The notes under the pieces are model-generated. The model did not search any database. It saw only the letters and a list, made by a program, of their open reading frames with translations, and was not told where the DNA came from. 64,000 bases of DNA from Mytilus edulis (Eukaryota). Numbering within the stretch: the first letter of the stretch is position 1; every line of letters starts with the position of its first letter. Both the position numbers and the translations under genes were made by a program. The stretch is taken from positions 66,774,001-66,838,000 of the forward strand of contig NC_092344.1 in assembly GCF_963676685.1 (NCBI RefSeq). The letters are read 5' to 3'. Of this stretch, positions 25,506 to 38,106 are shown in pieces.

Positions 25506-26522
25506 CAATAAATTATAAATCAACATCATTTAACTTTTAAATTACTAAAATCTGAACTCTTATTTTTTTTACTTAGTACTCGGTTGGTAAAATTTTTGCC
25601 CGAAAACCCAAAATCCTGTATGTTGACAGGTTGTCTTATGAGTCTTATTAAAAACTATGTTATTCAGGTATATATTTCAATTTTCCACTGTCGCTAAAAA
25701 AAAGTTAAAACGACCGATTTATATTAGTTTATTAAAGACAACAGTAGCTATAGTATACCGCTGTTCTAAAGTCATCAATCGAATCAGAGAACACAAATCC
25801 GGGTTATAAACTAAAACCGAGGGAAACACATCAAATAGAAAAGGAAAACATCGAAACAACAGAAACACTGACGTGCAACAAAAAACAAAAGACAATGCAA
25901 CATACATAGAAAGATAACAACTGCCATTTTCCTGCACAAGCTGCAACTAATATGACATATTTTTATTTCTGAAAATGAAATACTTGTGTTAATGAGATAA
26001 ATGAGATTAAAGGACGCCTCCGGGTGCGGGAATTGCGACAGTGGAAAATTGAAATATATACCTGAATAACATAGTTTTTAATAAGTTTAAATATCAAGCT
26101 TACTATCTTAAGGTTTTTAAAACGTACGACGAGCATTTGTTCGAAACACACAGTTGCTTACCGCAATACCAAAGAGCCAGTCATTTCCATCGACCATCTG
26201 ACATTGCGGTCATAAATATTTCGAGCACGATTATCGTAGTCGGACTCATAAGTCAACCTGTCAACATACAGGATTTGACATTATAGACATGTTGGTGACC
26301 TTCTGCTGTTGTTTTTTTCTATGGTCGGGTTGTTGTCTCTTTGGCACACTCCCCATTTCCATTCTCAATTTTATTCAATTTAGGAATATTAAATATTTAA
26401 AATGAAGTCATGGCTGATGTGATTGGTGGGATATTGTTGTCTTAAACATGTTTTAAACTTTATAAACAACTATTGTTATGACTTATCATTAATGATTGCT
26501 TTTTTTTGGTAGTTTATGTTAA

Positions 26523-28193
26523 ATGGCGACATCCTCTCAAAGTTGTGGAGTTTGTGACCTCCGTCACATCACAAAACCATCCATAGTCTGGTGTACAGAA
26601 TGTGACGAGGAGCTCTGTACAGAATGCCAGGAACATCATGGTCTGTCTAAAGCATCCAGGAGACATAAAGTGATTCCTATTATTGAATACCAGAAATTAC
26701 CACCCGATGTTCTTACAATTACTCATTATTGTAGCAAACACGATGAAAAGTTTCAAATTTATTGCAAGAAGCATGAATGTCCCTGCTGCAGCAAGTGCAT
26801 AGTGGAAAGCCATTCAGAATGTCACGATATTGTAAATTTAGATTACGTCATTCATAATGTCAAAACCTCCAATGCCTTGTGCGAGATAGAGGAAACATTA
26901 GTTGAAGTTGCAGAAAATCTACAAAAAGTTCGTCAGCATATACAAGACAATCGATCGAATTTGAAAGATAAGAGAATGGAAATAGAAAAAGAAATAAAGA
27001 AGACCCGAATAATGATCAACCACCATCTCGACAAACTACAAGAAGATTTTCTGAAACAACTCTTTGAGGTCGAAGAAAAAGATAACTCGAAAATTTGTCA
27101 ATTAGTTTCGTCCTTAGAGATAAAGGAAAAAGAAATAGCAGAATACCAGAGAAATGTTTCGAACATCAAGCAACATGCGACGGACCTTCAGTTGTTTCTT
27201 TCAATGAAGCAGATAGAAAAAGACGTAAATAGCAAAGATAAATTCCTACACTCGCTTGTAGCAAACGAGGAGCAACTATCTCTTTCATTTAAGATTAACG
27301 CCTCTATCAAAAATATCATGTCCGATATAAAAAGTTTTGGAGAAGTGCATATTGAAGCAAAACCGTACGATATTGTTCTAATCGAGAAAAAGGCACAACA
27401 AGCCCAAATGATGATACAATCAAGATCCATTGAAAATTTGAAACTAACTTTACACGAGACAATTAACATTCAAGGAGGATGCATATACGGATGTTGCATG
27501 CTGCTGGATGGTAGAATGGCATTTACCTTCCACATTGAACAGACAGTAAAGGTATTTAGCGACAAAGGATTACAAGACTTCGAGGTGAAGTTGCCCATTT
27601 TCCCGTTTGATATAGTATACATAAGTAAGGACAATACATTAGCTGTTACAACTCGTACATCAGAGTGTATTACTATTATAGACGTGGAGAGGAAACAAAT
27701 CAAGAAAACCATTTCACTTGATTCGTCCAGTTATGGCATAGCACTAAAAGATAATCGATTGATTTATTACGTTCGAAACAAAGGTATACGAATGATCAAT
27801 CTCAATGACGAGTCTACAAGTGACATAGTTCGGGACAACATGCCAACTGACTGTCACATTGCAACTTTTAAGGACAAATTATATCACACAAGTAGTGGAA
27901 TATACACAGTTACGTGTTATAATCTACAAGGTCAACTACAATGGAAATTTCAAAATGAAGGCGTTCTGCAGAAACCTCAGGGTATTGATGTAGACAATGA
28001 TGGCAATGTGTACGTAGTGGGGAGTGATTCACACAACGTTGTAGTTATCTCCCCTGATGGAACACGCCATAGAGAAATAATGACAGCAAGTGATGGTCTA
28101 AAATATCCTATGTCAGTTCATTATAGTGGTTTTAAGAATCAGTTGTTAGTCGCGAACTGGAGAAACAACGCTCATTTGTTTAGTTTTATCTGA
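26523..28193 (+). CDS. RING-less TRIM-like protein (B-box1, B-box2, coiled coil, six-bladed NHL-type beta-propeller), copy 3, 556 aa
   Basis: B-box1 CGVC..WCTEC..LCTECQEHH..H; B-box2 CSKH..YCKKH..CCSKC..H; heptad-rich central region; NHL-like repeats (PQGIDVDNDGNVYVV). Uninterrupted ORF. Confidence 0.93.
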   Translation: MATSSQSCGVCDLRHITKPSIVWCTECDEELCTECQEHHGLSKASRRHKVIPIIEYQKLPPDVLTITHYCSKHDEKFQIYCKKHECPCCSKCIVESHSECHDIVNLDYVIHNVKTSNALCEIEETLVEVAENLQKVRQHIQDNRSNLKDKRMEIEKEIKKTRIMINHHLDKLQEDFLKQLFEVEEKDNSKICQLVSSLEIKEKEIAEYQRNVSNIKQHATDLQLFLSMKQIEKDVNSKDKFLHSLVANEEQLSLSFKINASIKNIMSDIKSFGEVHIEAKPYDIVLIEKKAQQAQMMIQSRSIENLKLTLHETINIQGGCIYGCCMLLDGRMAFTFHIEQTVKVFSDKGLQDFEVKLPIFPFDIVYISKDNTLAVTTRTSECITIIDVERKQIKKTISLDSSSYGIALKDNRLIYYVRNKGIRMINLNDESTSDIVRDNMPTDCHIATFKDKLYHTSSGIYTVTCYNLQGQLQWKFQNEGVLQKPQGIDVDNDGNVYVVGSDSHNVVVISPDGTRHREIMTASDGLKYPMSVHYSGFKNQLLVANWRNNAHLFSFI

Positions 28194-28621
28194 AGAGTTA
28201 ACAGTTCATTAGATCATTATCTTAGATATTTCATACATAATAACTGGAATACAGAAACCTGTTTTGTCTATTTTGTCAAATTATATTACAAATAATTATT
28301 TGATTGAAACACAAGGTGGAACGAAAAATATTGATAATAATCTATGTTTTGATTTATCTAGGGATTTGTTTGGGTTTACAAAATAAATATGTGACAGTGT
28401 CTCTATCAGCGCAAATGCGATTCACATTTTGAAAAAGTTCTAGATTGAAATAGGCAGTCTATGGTCGCAAACTACTTTGACATGTGTTTAAATATGTGAA
28501 ATCGCCAATGTTTATTCAGGTATACCTTTTGCACTTTGATTGTTATTTTCATTAGTTTCGTAGAATAAGAACACCAGTATTCAAATCAAAAAATCAATTC
28601 CATTGGTCTCCAATTTGATAT

Positions 28622-28636
28622 ATCTCCATTCTCCAC
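28622..28636. other. Transposon excision footprint (also 43817-43831)
   Basis: ATCTCCA-T-TCTCCAC lies at the site where spacer 2 has the hAT MITE with TSD ATCTCCAC and spacers 1 and 5 have a single ATCTCCAC. Confidence 0.85.
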
Positions 28637-30396
28637 AGACATAATGATGTGTATAAATAAACGTATGGCTAAAGTTATCATATAACATTAAAGAAAAATA
28701 ATTAATATGATATTCACATATTAAAAGGAAGGAATACGCCAGTAATATTGTTATAAAAAGCCAAAAAACACGCTTCGAAATGCATACAAGTTAGGCACAA
28801 AGAATCACGTTTTCAATGATTTGAAAAAAGCGCCAAGCTGACATTTTCTTTCGACGCAACATAAGAACAACGTATCATAAAAAAACAAAACCATTCACAT
28901 GTATTATTATGGCCTTCGACTACAGACTGAGGTTTATACTTAACATCAAGCAAAGTACGAAGTATCCCAATTGATTGTAAAATTAAAGTTGTCAATTTAT
29001 TAAAAAGTGACATTCAACACCAAAGTCCACTATAAATAAAAATCTTCAAATGTGTCATTAGGAAGTCACAGACGAGAATCTTGTTTGTTTAAGCAGCTAC
29101 ATCTTATATTTTCAATCGAATATGAATTATGCTTTCTAATACTGTAGATTCGTAATTATTCATCGGGTACCAATTTTCGTAGTTTTTGTTGTTTCAGGGA
29201 AACACGAAATAAATTTTCAAATATATATATTTTTTCCATATATGCTGACTTAAGTAAAACAATGGAATCTTATATCCACGAGAATGCTAGATTTCCTGAA
29301 ACCACAAAAATGGGACGCACGAAAATAAAAGAATCAACATTATTAGTGTAAACATATTTTATTAATTATATTCAGGTACATACATAGGCATTTACATAAT
29401 AATACAAGTGAAATAATTAATAGGATCCAGAAACAAGCTGTTAGCTTATATTAATCTGTTTCCTGGACATTATTGATTTGGCCAATGTTTTTGTTATGTT
29501 GTTTTTTGTAGTGTGGTATACTTTCGAGAGTTTCCCTCAATTGTACCGAATTTGGTGTAATATATGTAACCCAGAACAACAGTGTATATTTGTATGCAGA
29601 GGACAACTGCATAATTATATATTTTAAGAATCAACCTTCTAGAGACACAACAAATCCAATGAACCAGTTAATACGATATTCCAGGACTTGAATGTCCGTT
29701 CTTGTTCTGTGTTAAAGGTCTGTTACTTAGAAAGAATCTTTTTGACCAACTGTTCTCATTTGTAAAGTTCAAGTCATCTTTTCCAAAAGTTTAAAGGAAA
29801 CAATGATCATGATAATGATTAATATTTGGTTTCCTTAATCATATTAATGGAACATCGTTTATAAAAATTACAACGGCTATTTTCCATATGACGTTCTTGC
29901 AACAATTATATCCTCGTTTAAAAAAACTTAATTGTATGAAATTCGACATTGGCTTTTTTCTCTCTATTCACCGCAATCTGCTGTCTGTTTTCCAAATAAT
30001 GATTTATAATTTTAGGTATGCAATTGAAATAAAAAAAAAAATCAGACAAAGAAACAAAGATATTTTCTGGCTTATTAATTTGCTGATAAACTGATGAAAT
30101 CTTTGAATCACAAGATGCTAAAATTAATAATAGACAAGGACAGGGGAAGTATATGTCCGGGAGACGGAAGATATAAAAGAGGGGCAACAAATACCAAAGG
30201 GACATTCACACTCATAAATTGAAAATAACCTGTCAACGCCATGCCTGAAAGGTAAGCAGATCCTGCTTAACATGTGGCAACTGTTGTGTTGCTCATGATA
30301 GTAGAGCATCTGCTTACACTGTCTTGAATACCAATCTGTTTTTGCGATTTAATTTTCGAGCACAGACTGAAAAAATGATCAACACAATTAGTTATG

Positions 30397-30427
<31 letters not shown>

Positions 30428-31691
30428 GTTTCATTATATTATCAATCACAAGCTCCTTATTTAGTACCAATGATGCACAATATTACTACACAGTTAACAC
30501 TGGCTTTTCTTTTAATTGCTCTATTTAAGGCATTACAAAGTTTGCTCGATAAATGTAATCAATACAATAGTAATCTGAAATAAAATTGAGAATGAAAATG
30601 GGGAAAGTGTCAAAGAGACAAAAATTCGACCATAGAAGAACAGACAACAGCAGAAGGTCACCAACAGGTCTTCAATGCAGCGAAAAATTCCCGCACCCGG
30701 AGGCGTCCTTCATCTGGACCCTAAACAAATATATATGCTAGTTCAGTGATAATGAATGCCATACTAAACTCCAAATTGTACACAAGAAACTAAAATTAAA
30801 AATAATACAAGACTAACAAAGGCCAGAGGCTCCTGACTTGGAACAGGCGCAAAAATGCGGCGGGGTTAAACATGTTTATGTGAAATATAAAAAAGAAAAT
30901 GCGGTATGATTGCCAATGAGACAACTATCCACAAAAGACAAAAAAGACACAGACAGTAACAACTATAGGTCAACGTACGGCCTTCAACAATGAGCAAAGG
31001 TATTTATTCTATTTTTTATATCTTATAATTTTATGAAAGAGAAAATAAATTCATCCATATTACTATTTCACTGATACTCTTTTCTATAAATAACCCGAAA
31101 TGAAAAAGGGAATTGTCTAGCCATTTTATATAACGTCAAGATTAGAATTTTGTAAATAAGCGATTATCAAATAAACCGATCACCATGGCCAGGTCTGGAT
31201 TTATTTATATACACATAGATACGCACATACATGTACATTGTACAATGGAATCTATGATTACATAAATATAAAAATATATTTATACTTTTTTTTAGTACAA
31301 ATGTTTTTTTTGTAGACGACTTGACATCATTTGATAAAACAGTAACACTGTCTTTAGCTCCATATGTCAATGGAATGTTTTAATGAATACTGGTTATAGT
31401 CTTTCACAGAACCCTGATCCGTAGTAAAAATGTTAAAAATAGTAACATCCCTATCTGTGTAGGTGGATTTTGAACTGTCCCGTCATTTATCAATTTCTTA
31501 TTCAGTCGCGTGATATATAACCTTTCAGGTAAACAAGACTCAACATTTCAGCATAACAGGTACTTATTTTATTTGATATTTCAATGATTAATTCTTCTTT
31601 AATTACGATTTCCATTTTCCCTAATATAAGTATGACCTAAATAAATTTGTTATTAAAATCATCATAGATACCAGGATTAAATTTTGTATTT

Positions 31692-31741
31692 GCGCCAGAC
31701 GCGCGTTTCGAATTCGTCTACAAAAGACTCATCAGTGACGC
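31692..31741 (-). ncRNA. Hammerhead ribozyme with a 6-nt insertion in the core, probably inactive
   Basis: AATTCG is inserted at 31711-31716, separating stem II from GAAA. Confidence 0.75.
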
Positions 31742-34272
31742 TGGAATCCAAAATATTTAAAATGGACAAATAAAGTACGAAGTTAAGGAGCATTGAGGAG
31801 CAAAATTCCTAAACGTGTTGCCAAATACAACTAAGGTTATCTATTCCTGAGGTAAAAAAGCCTTAGTATTTCTAGAAGTGCTGATTACTGGGCTAGTGAT
31901 ACCCTCGGGGAATTAAAACTCCTCTAGCAGTGGCATCGACAAAAGAGTATTATTTCAACTTTTGGTCTGTGCTTAAGAAGTGTTCACACAATGCAATGTC
32001 AATTTGAGCTGAATTCGTCCTTTACACGCAATCTAAACATTCCTTCGTTCCCCATTACTAATATCAATGTTCACATGTTGTAAAATCATGTTTTTATTAC
32101 ATGCAGTCGATAGTAAATATAGGTCTTTCATGGGTTAAGTGTTCAGAAAACAAGATATTCAGAATGTGAAATTTATTATGCATATTTAAGGAAAAAAACA
32201 TTAATTAAATACAATTGATGATAAAGATATTAACGTTATTTGCAATTTAACTGTCCGAAACTCAAAATATTGCCCAGTAATTACAACGATTAAATTTCCT
32301 TACAAATCCCTTTTCAGACTCAAAATATCAATCATATCATTCTCTTGGACTTTCGTTACTGAGTGGAATCAACCAGATTCATTAATAAATAGATGGTTCT
32401 TTAATAGATTGTATGCGATTTGATCTACGTCCAGTAGAAAATATTCCATTCGTGTTCAGGATGTCCAAAAACAATTAACATGGTTTTCGACTGCTATCAA
32501 GGGAGGGACATTTCGCGAGAAGATAAGGGCACATTCTTTTTTTTGGAGACGAAAAAGATTTAAAATACAGTAATCCTTTTTTAATGAACATTGTCATTAA
32601 CGGAAAGGGTTGGGGCAATCTAAAATAGAAAATAAAATGTTGAAACAGAGACATGTCTAAAATTTTACACAAATTAAGATGTTCATATAGTCATTTATGG
32701 TTGTTTATTGTAAGTAGTTTCTATTAATATAATTTAAGCAGGAAAAAATTAACATAGCAAATTGCAAACTTAAAGTCACTGTACAATGTGATAGCAGGCA
32801 GGTCCTTAAAATAATCGGCAAACTGATATGTACTGATAGTAATGCAACATTTTATTAATTATCGTTGATATATCTCTCATCAAACTATCTTTAGCAAAAG
32901 AAACTTTTAACTTTGATTTTCCTATAGTCAACTTTACATTTATGTGTAGCAACATGCCAGCGGCAACAGCATATGGAGTATATGTGTCTCAATTGATACG
33001 TTACTCTAGAACTATCTCAAAGTACGTTGATTTTGTTGAACGAGGAATACTGCTTTCTCAAAAGTTGCTAAGACAGGGCTATGAATCAATCAAATAAAGG
33101 TTATCACTAAAGAAATTTTACGCTCGCTATCATGAGCTGATTGGCCATTATGACAAAAGTGTGTCAGAAATCATATCTGATATTCTTCCTCAGTCATAAT
33201 AACCTTCCATCATTACCGAACTGAACAAAGAAATAACACGATGACGGGTGCCGTATACGGTGCAGGAAATGCTTACCCTTCCGGAGCACCGGATTTCACT
33301 CCCGGTTTTTAGTGGAATAACTGTAGTTTCTAATCTATTATTTATAACAGTTACTGTTGATGTAATGTCCTTTGGTTTTGTGAGTCTTTGTTTATTCCTT
33401 GGTTTTGATTGTTATTGTCTCTTAAAATTGAAAATTGCTAATTTAATTCAAAGTCACTGGACCATGTCCTGAGAGCAGGATCTGAAAAAGTCGTCAACCT
33501 GTACTGATCGATAGTATTGTGATTTTATACAAAATGTCTTTGATCTATCACAAATAGATCTTATCAAACTAAATTAAGTAGAAACTTTGAATTAGAAAAA
33601 TTGCTTATTAATTCCATTTGGCATGGCCATGACCTTAGTGGCATATCAACCAAAATAGTCGTCAAATTGTTAAGTACTTATAGTAATGCGTCTTTATATA
33701 CAAAATATCATTGATCTATCACTAGTAAACCTATCAAACTAACTTAAAGAGAACTCGTTAAAACAATTATTGACGCCGTCGCAGGAGCCGTCAACGTAAA
33801 AGCAATCCCTCTGTCTCGTATGGTCGCATGCGAGGCACACTTCACTTGTTTTCCAAGGAAAACACCATAGAATTTGTTTCAATGGTTCTTTTTTTCTTCG
33901 GGAGGGGTAGGGGTGAAAACAATGACAAACAAACAGTTGTTATTCAAAATATACAGAAACAATAATTTGATTTTTGAAACTTAATGCAGGAAATTTCATA
34001 CACTTTATTTCTAAAGAAAACATATATATAGTTGTTTGATTAAATTCTGACACAATTTTACCAAAGTTTAAATGTAATTGGAATAAACTGAAAGATATTC
34101 ATTCAATTCTATGTAATGATCAAGTGATCGCTTACATTACTCCTATATGAAGTTTACGCATGCGAACTCAATATATTTCATGTACAGGTAATTAAAACTG
34201 GTGTACACATGAGATTAGTATATGTAAGAGAATGATTATTCCTTTCTTCATGATTATGTACGAGCAAAATTG

Positions 34273-36185
34273 TTCGAAAAGGCTTTCAAAATTTTATAAA
34301 TTTGCTGCAAAATGACGGTGGGCATGGATAACATAAACAAGCTCCGTTGGAAATTGGTCATGATACTATTTGGCTTCAATTTTTAAAATAGAGTAATAAA
34401 GTACTAACACCACACATAACTGTTTTATCCAGGTTTTTATTATAAAAAAGTGTTAAATCAGAAAATGTTAGTATTTTCGCCTATGGCAGAATATATAGTA
34501 CCGTTTTCCCTATATATACTGAAGATAGCAAGGGAAATCAAAATTAATCAGACTTCAGTCATATTATACTATTTTGAAGCATATGATAAGTACATTTGAT
34601 TTTCATCACAAAGAATAGAAATTTTTAACTGAGAACAGTACTGTGTTGAGAAAAGTGCTGAGTCATCATTATAAGTCAAATTGATGGGTACTGATATAAA
34701 ACTTTATTCTAGGATTTCAATATTGACCATATTATATAAACTGCACCAAACTATTCTTCTTTTGTATTTGTTTTCACCTTTCGCAAAGATTAATTCAATT
34801 GGAAATCCCAGAATTCAAGTCGCGACAAATATTTTTAACCATATATTTGATTTTTTGCTGTGTTAAATTCCTTAAATGTATCACTTGGGTATTTCTCTAG
34901 GCATAATATTTTAAAATAGGAAATTGTCGGGTTAAGTTTGTAATGTTATGGAGTAAGACAATATTTGGTCATACTAAAAGCATTTTCAGTGTTAAAATTG
35001 TCTATTTAAGAAAAAAAGAGGCCCACCTGAGGCTAAATTTAGATAGAATTTGTACACTCCTGTGTAAAGAATTGCTCACATTGTTGGCAATACATGCAGC
35101 AAATATTTCAATAATGCTTCATTTGTCGTTTCTATCTTTTATTATATATCAGGCATATATAATTTGTCATTTTGTACTGTCTGAAAGGACTTTTGTTGGA
35201 AATTAATAATTCCAAGGGACATAATTCAGCTTTTTCATAGATTAATAAGGTAACAAAGGCATCTTTAAAGCTTAGTAGTTTGCATATTAAATATTTTAAG
35301 TGTCTAATATCTTTGTTTTCATCATCTCAAGACAGAAAAATAGATTTTATAGCAACCTCTATAAGTTTGCACCACAATATTGCATATACTAAAGCATGGA
35401 ATGGAGATTAGTATGGAAAATCTTGAATTTGTACTTTTGTTGTAAATTTTGGATAAAATGAATACAAATTGAATGGAATTGTCATTTTTATCTGTTTTAA
35501 TGGAACTGTTTATTATACTTTTTAAATGAGATAAGATATGACTGGATACAGGTTGTTTATTATGCCTTATCTGAAAGAAGTAGATAAAGAGGTTAACCAG
35601 CATGTAGGGGTGTGGACAAAAAATGATCCATGTTTCTTTAAGTAATGGGACATAAAAGTATTTATTATAGCCAAGGTTTTCACAATAACCCAGTATTGCA
35701 TTAATAGTGTCATAAAAATTCTTTATAGCTTTATGTCACAGTATAGGGAAAACGGTACTATTACATTTTCCCAGCATTATGTTGGCCTTTTGTGTACCCA
35801 AGACAGGTGAAGGAAGTCAACTTAGGAGCGCCGTGATTGGATGTAAGGGTACAATCTATTTTTTTTATTTATCTATGAATAACTGCAGTGTTTATATTTA
35901 CAATATGAATTTTAAAACCTATTGAAATATTTTCTAGAGAATTATTCGAAATGGCTTTCAAAATTTTATAAATTTGCTGCAAAATGACGGTGGGCATGGA
36001 TAACATAAACAAGCTCCGTTGGAAATTGGTCATGATACTATTTGGCTTTAATTTTTAAAATAGAGTAATAAAGTACTAACACCACACATAACTGTTTTAT
36101 CCAGGTTTTTATTATAAAAAGTGGTAAAATTAGAAAATGTTAGTATTGTCGCCTATTGTGGCAGAATAAATAGTACCGTTTTCCC
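34273..36185. repeat. ~240-bp direct repeats (34273-34510 and 35945-36185) with GGGAAAACGGTACTA inverted motifs; the same structure occurs at ~55393-57301
   Basis: Spacer 2 has only one copy (23176-23413) and lacks the intervening sequence. Confidence 0.75.
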
Positions 36186-38106
36186 ATTTAACAAAATCCG
36201 CGTTCTTTCCAGTCAAGGGACATAATTCATATTCACATCTAATGCAACAAACTAAGTCGGAGAAGGAGCGAAAATCCGAAACAGTATCTTAAAAAAACAG
36301 AAAATAGTTCCACTTGTGTGTCACAGGCACTTGTTTCTACGAGTAAACACACGTTGATAGTAGGGCTTCCAATGGATAGAAACAAGTGCCTGTGGTGTAT
36401 GTCAAAGTGATCAATCTACTTGTTACTTACGAAGAAAAGAAATATAACTCCAAAAATTGTTGAGATTTTTTAAAAAACAAATTGTTGCAATAAAGAATAC
36501 ACAAAAAGTAACCTATTATCCTAAAAGGCCTTGCAGGTTCCTGTTACTCCTACCCAATCTACTGGTATTTTCAAAATGGCTGCTGGGGACGCGGCCTGAT
36601 AAATTATTTGAATATTATGTCAGATTAAATATTCCTGATTTTGCTTCGTTAATATTATAGACAAATATGCTACAAACGGTTTAATAAGGTTACTCCAAAT
36701 CAAATAATTGAAATATAATTACCTTTCTGTGTATAATTGCATGAATTGATTTTCTCTCGTTTTTCTTCAAGCTCTCTCTTGCCCTCTTGATGAATGCGCA
36801 TTCGTGGTATTCATCCGCAACAACAATTTTTCGATACGTCATTGATATTGAAGATCGTTTGATAAATGTACTATTTTTTCTAACGAGAAAACATTTTCAT
36901 ATTATAAATTTCCATTTAAAAAAAAAATAATCTGAGTATCCATTGAAAACATGAATTTAAAAGAAGCGATAAGGAATTTTATTCTGCACTTTATAATGTC
37001 CGCGGGTCTATAATTTTTATATGTCGGTTATCAAACCAAAACTAATTATATATGCATATCTATAAATAGAAAATTAGGCGATAGCAATACACCCGAGGCC
37101 CTCACGGTCCTCTGATGTAAAAACTAGCCGTCTAATAGATGATTGAATAAGAAAATTATTTCGTATGGTAATTTAAGTCGTGCAGAATGTAAAGTGAATT
37201 ACAAAATCTAAAAGTCTTAAATACAAACTTGTAGAGATTTACTGATAATTTATTTCGATTATATGTACATGTACAAAAACCAGGTAAAGGGGAGATGGGT
37301 AATTAATCAATTATTTGCGTTTGTATTTTTGTCATCAATTGGTTTACTTATTTTCAGATACGTAATTCATTTACTTTTTGGTATATTTGTTGTTTATTTC
37401 TGTGTATGAAAAAAGTACATTCACTTCCGTTTGTAAATGTTTTATTCATAGTAGGTCTAGAAAAGTGTAAAAGAGTGAAATGTGTAAAATGTGATCATTA
37501 ACGAACAACAACAAAAAACCGGATTTCTAACATCTTATTAAAATGATCCATAAAACTTATATACACAAATCTTGTATGTGTCTTGTGACCTTATAAAGTA
37601 AATTAACTTGTCCCAGGTCACGATAGACCCTAAAAATCAACTGAATTTTCAAGAATCTATGAACAAATATTTCTATTATATCTAGAAAAACTATATCCAA
37701 CTAGGTAACACATCAAAAGACTTTCATGACGTGGCAATCCGCTATCTTTAGTCAAGTTGTCTCTACGTCTCCCCGATTAAAAGTCGGAATCTGCAGTTGA
37801 ATGTAATGCATCTTAAGCAAACAGGAGGCCACTCTTTTGACAAAAGTAAAAGTCCAAGAAAACTGATTGGTATTAACAAAATAAAATCAGCGAAAGGCGA
37901 AGATACAATTATGTCTCCCCGATTTTATATTGACTACTCTTTACCTTAGTTTACTGGACGTAAGTTCATTCCATTTTACTAGTAGTATTATATGTGAAAA
38001 TCAATTCACTTTATACATGGACCAAGGTAGTTTGAACTACAGATAAAAATATATTAAAACATCAAATGCTGCATGAAAAATAAAAGATTGAGCAAAGTAA
38101 TGAAAC

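Noticed and set aside
26523-28193. Assigning a symbol such as TRIM2, TRIM3, TRIM56 or TRIM71
   Set aside because: There is no RING or filamin domain. This is a lineage-specific expansion and orthology cannot be supported.
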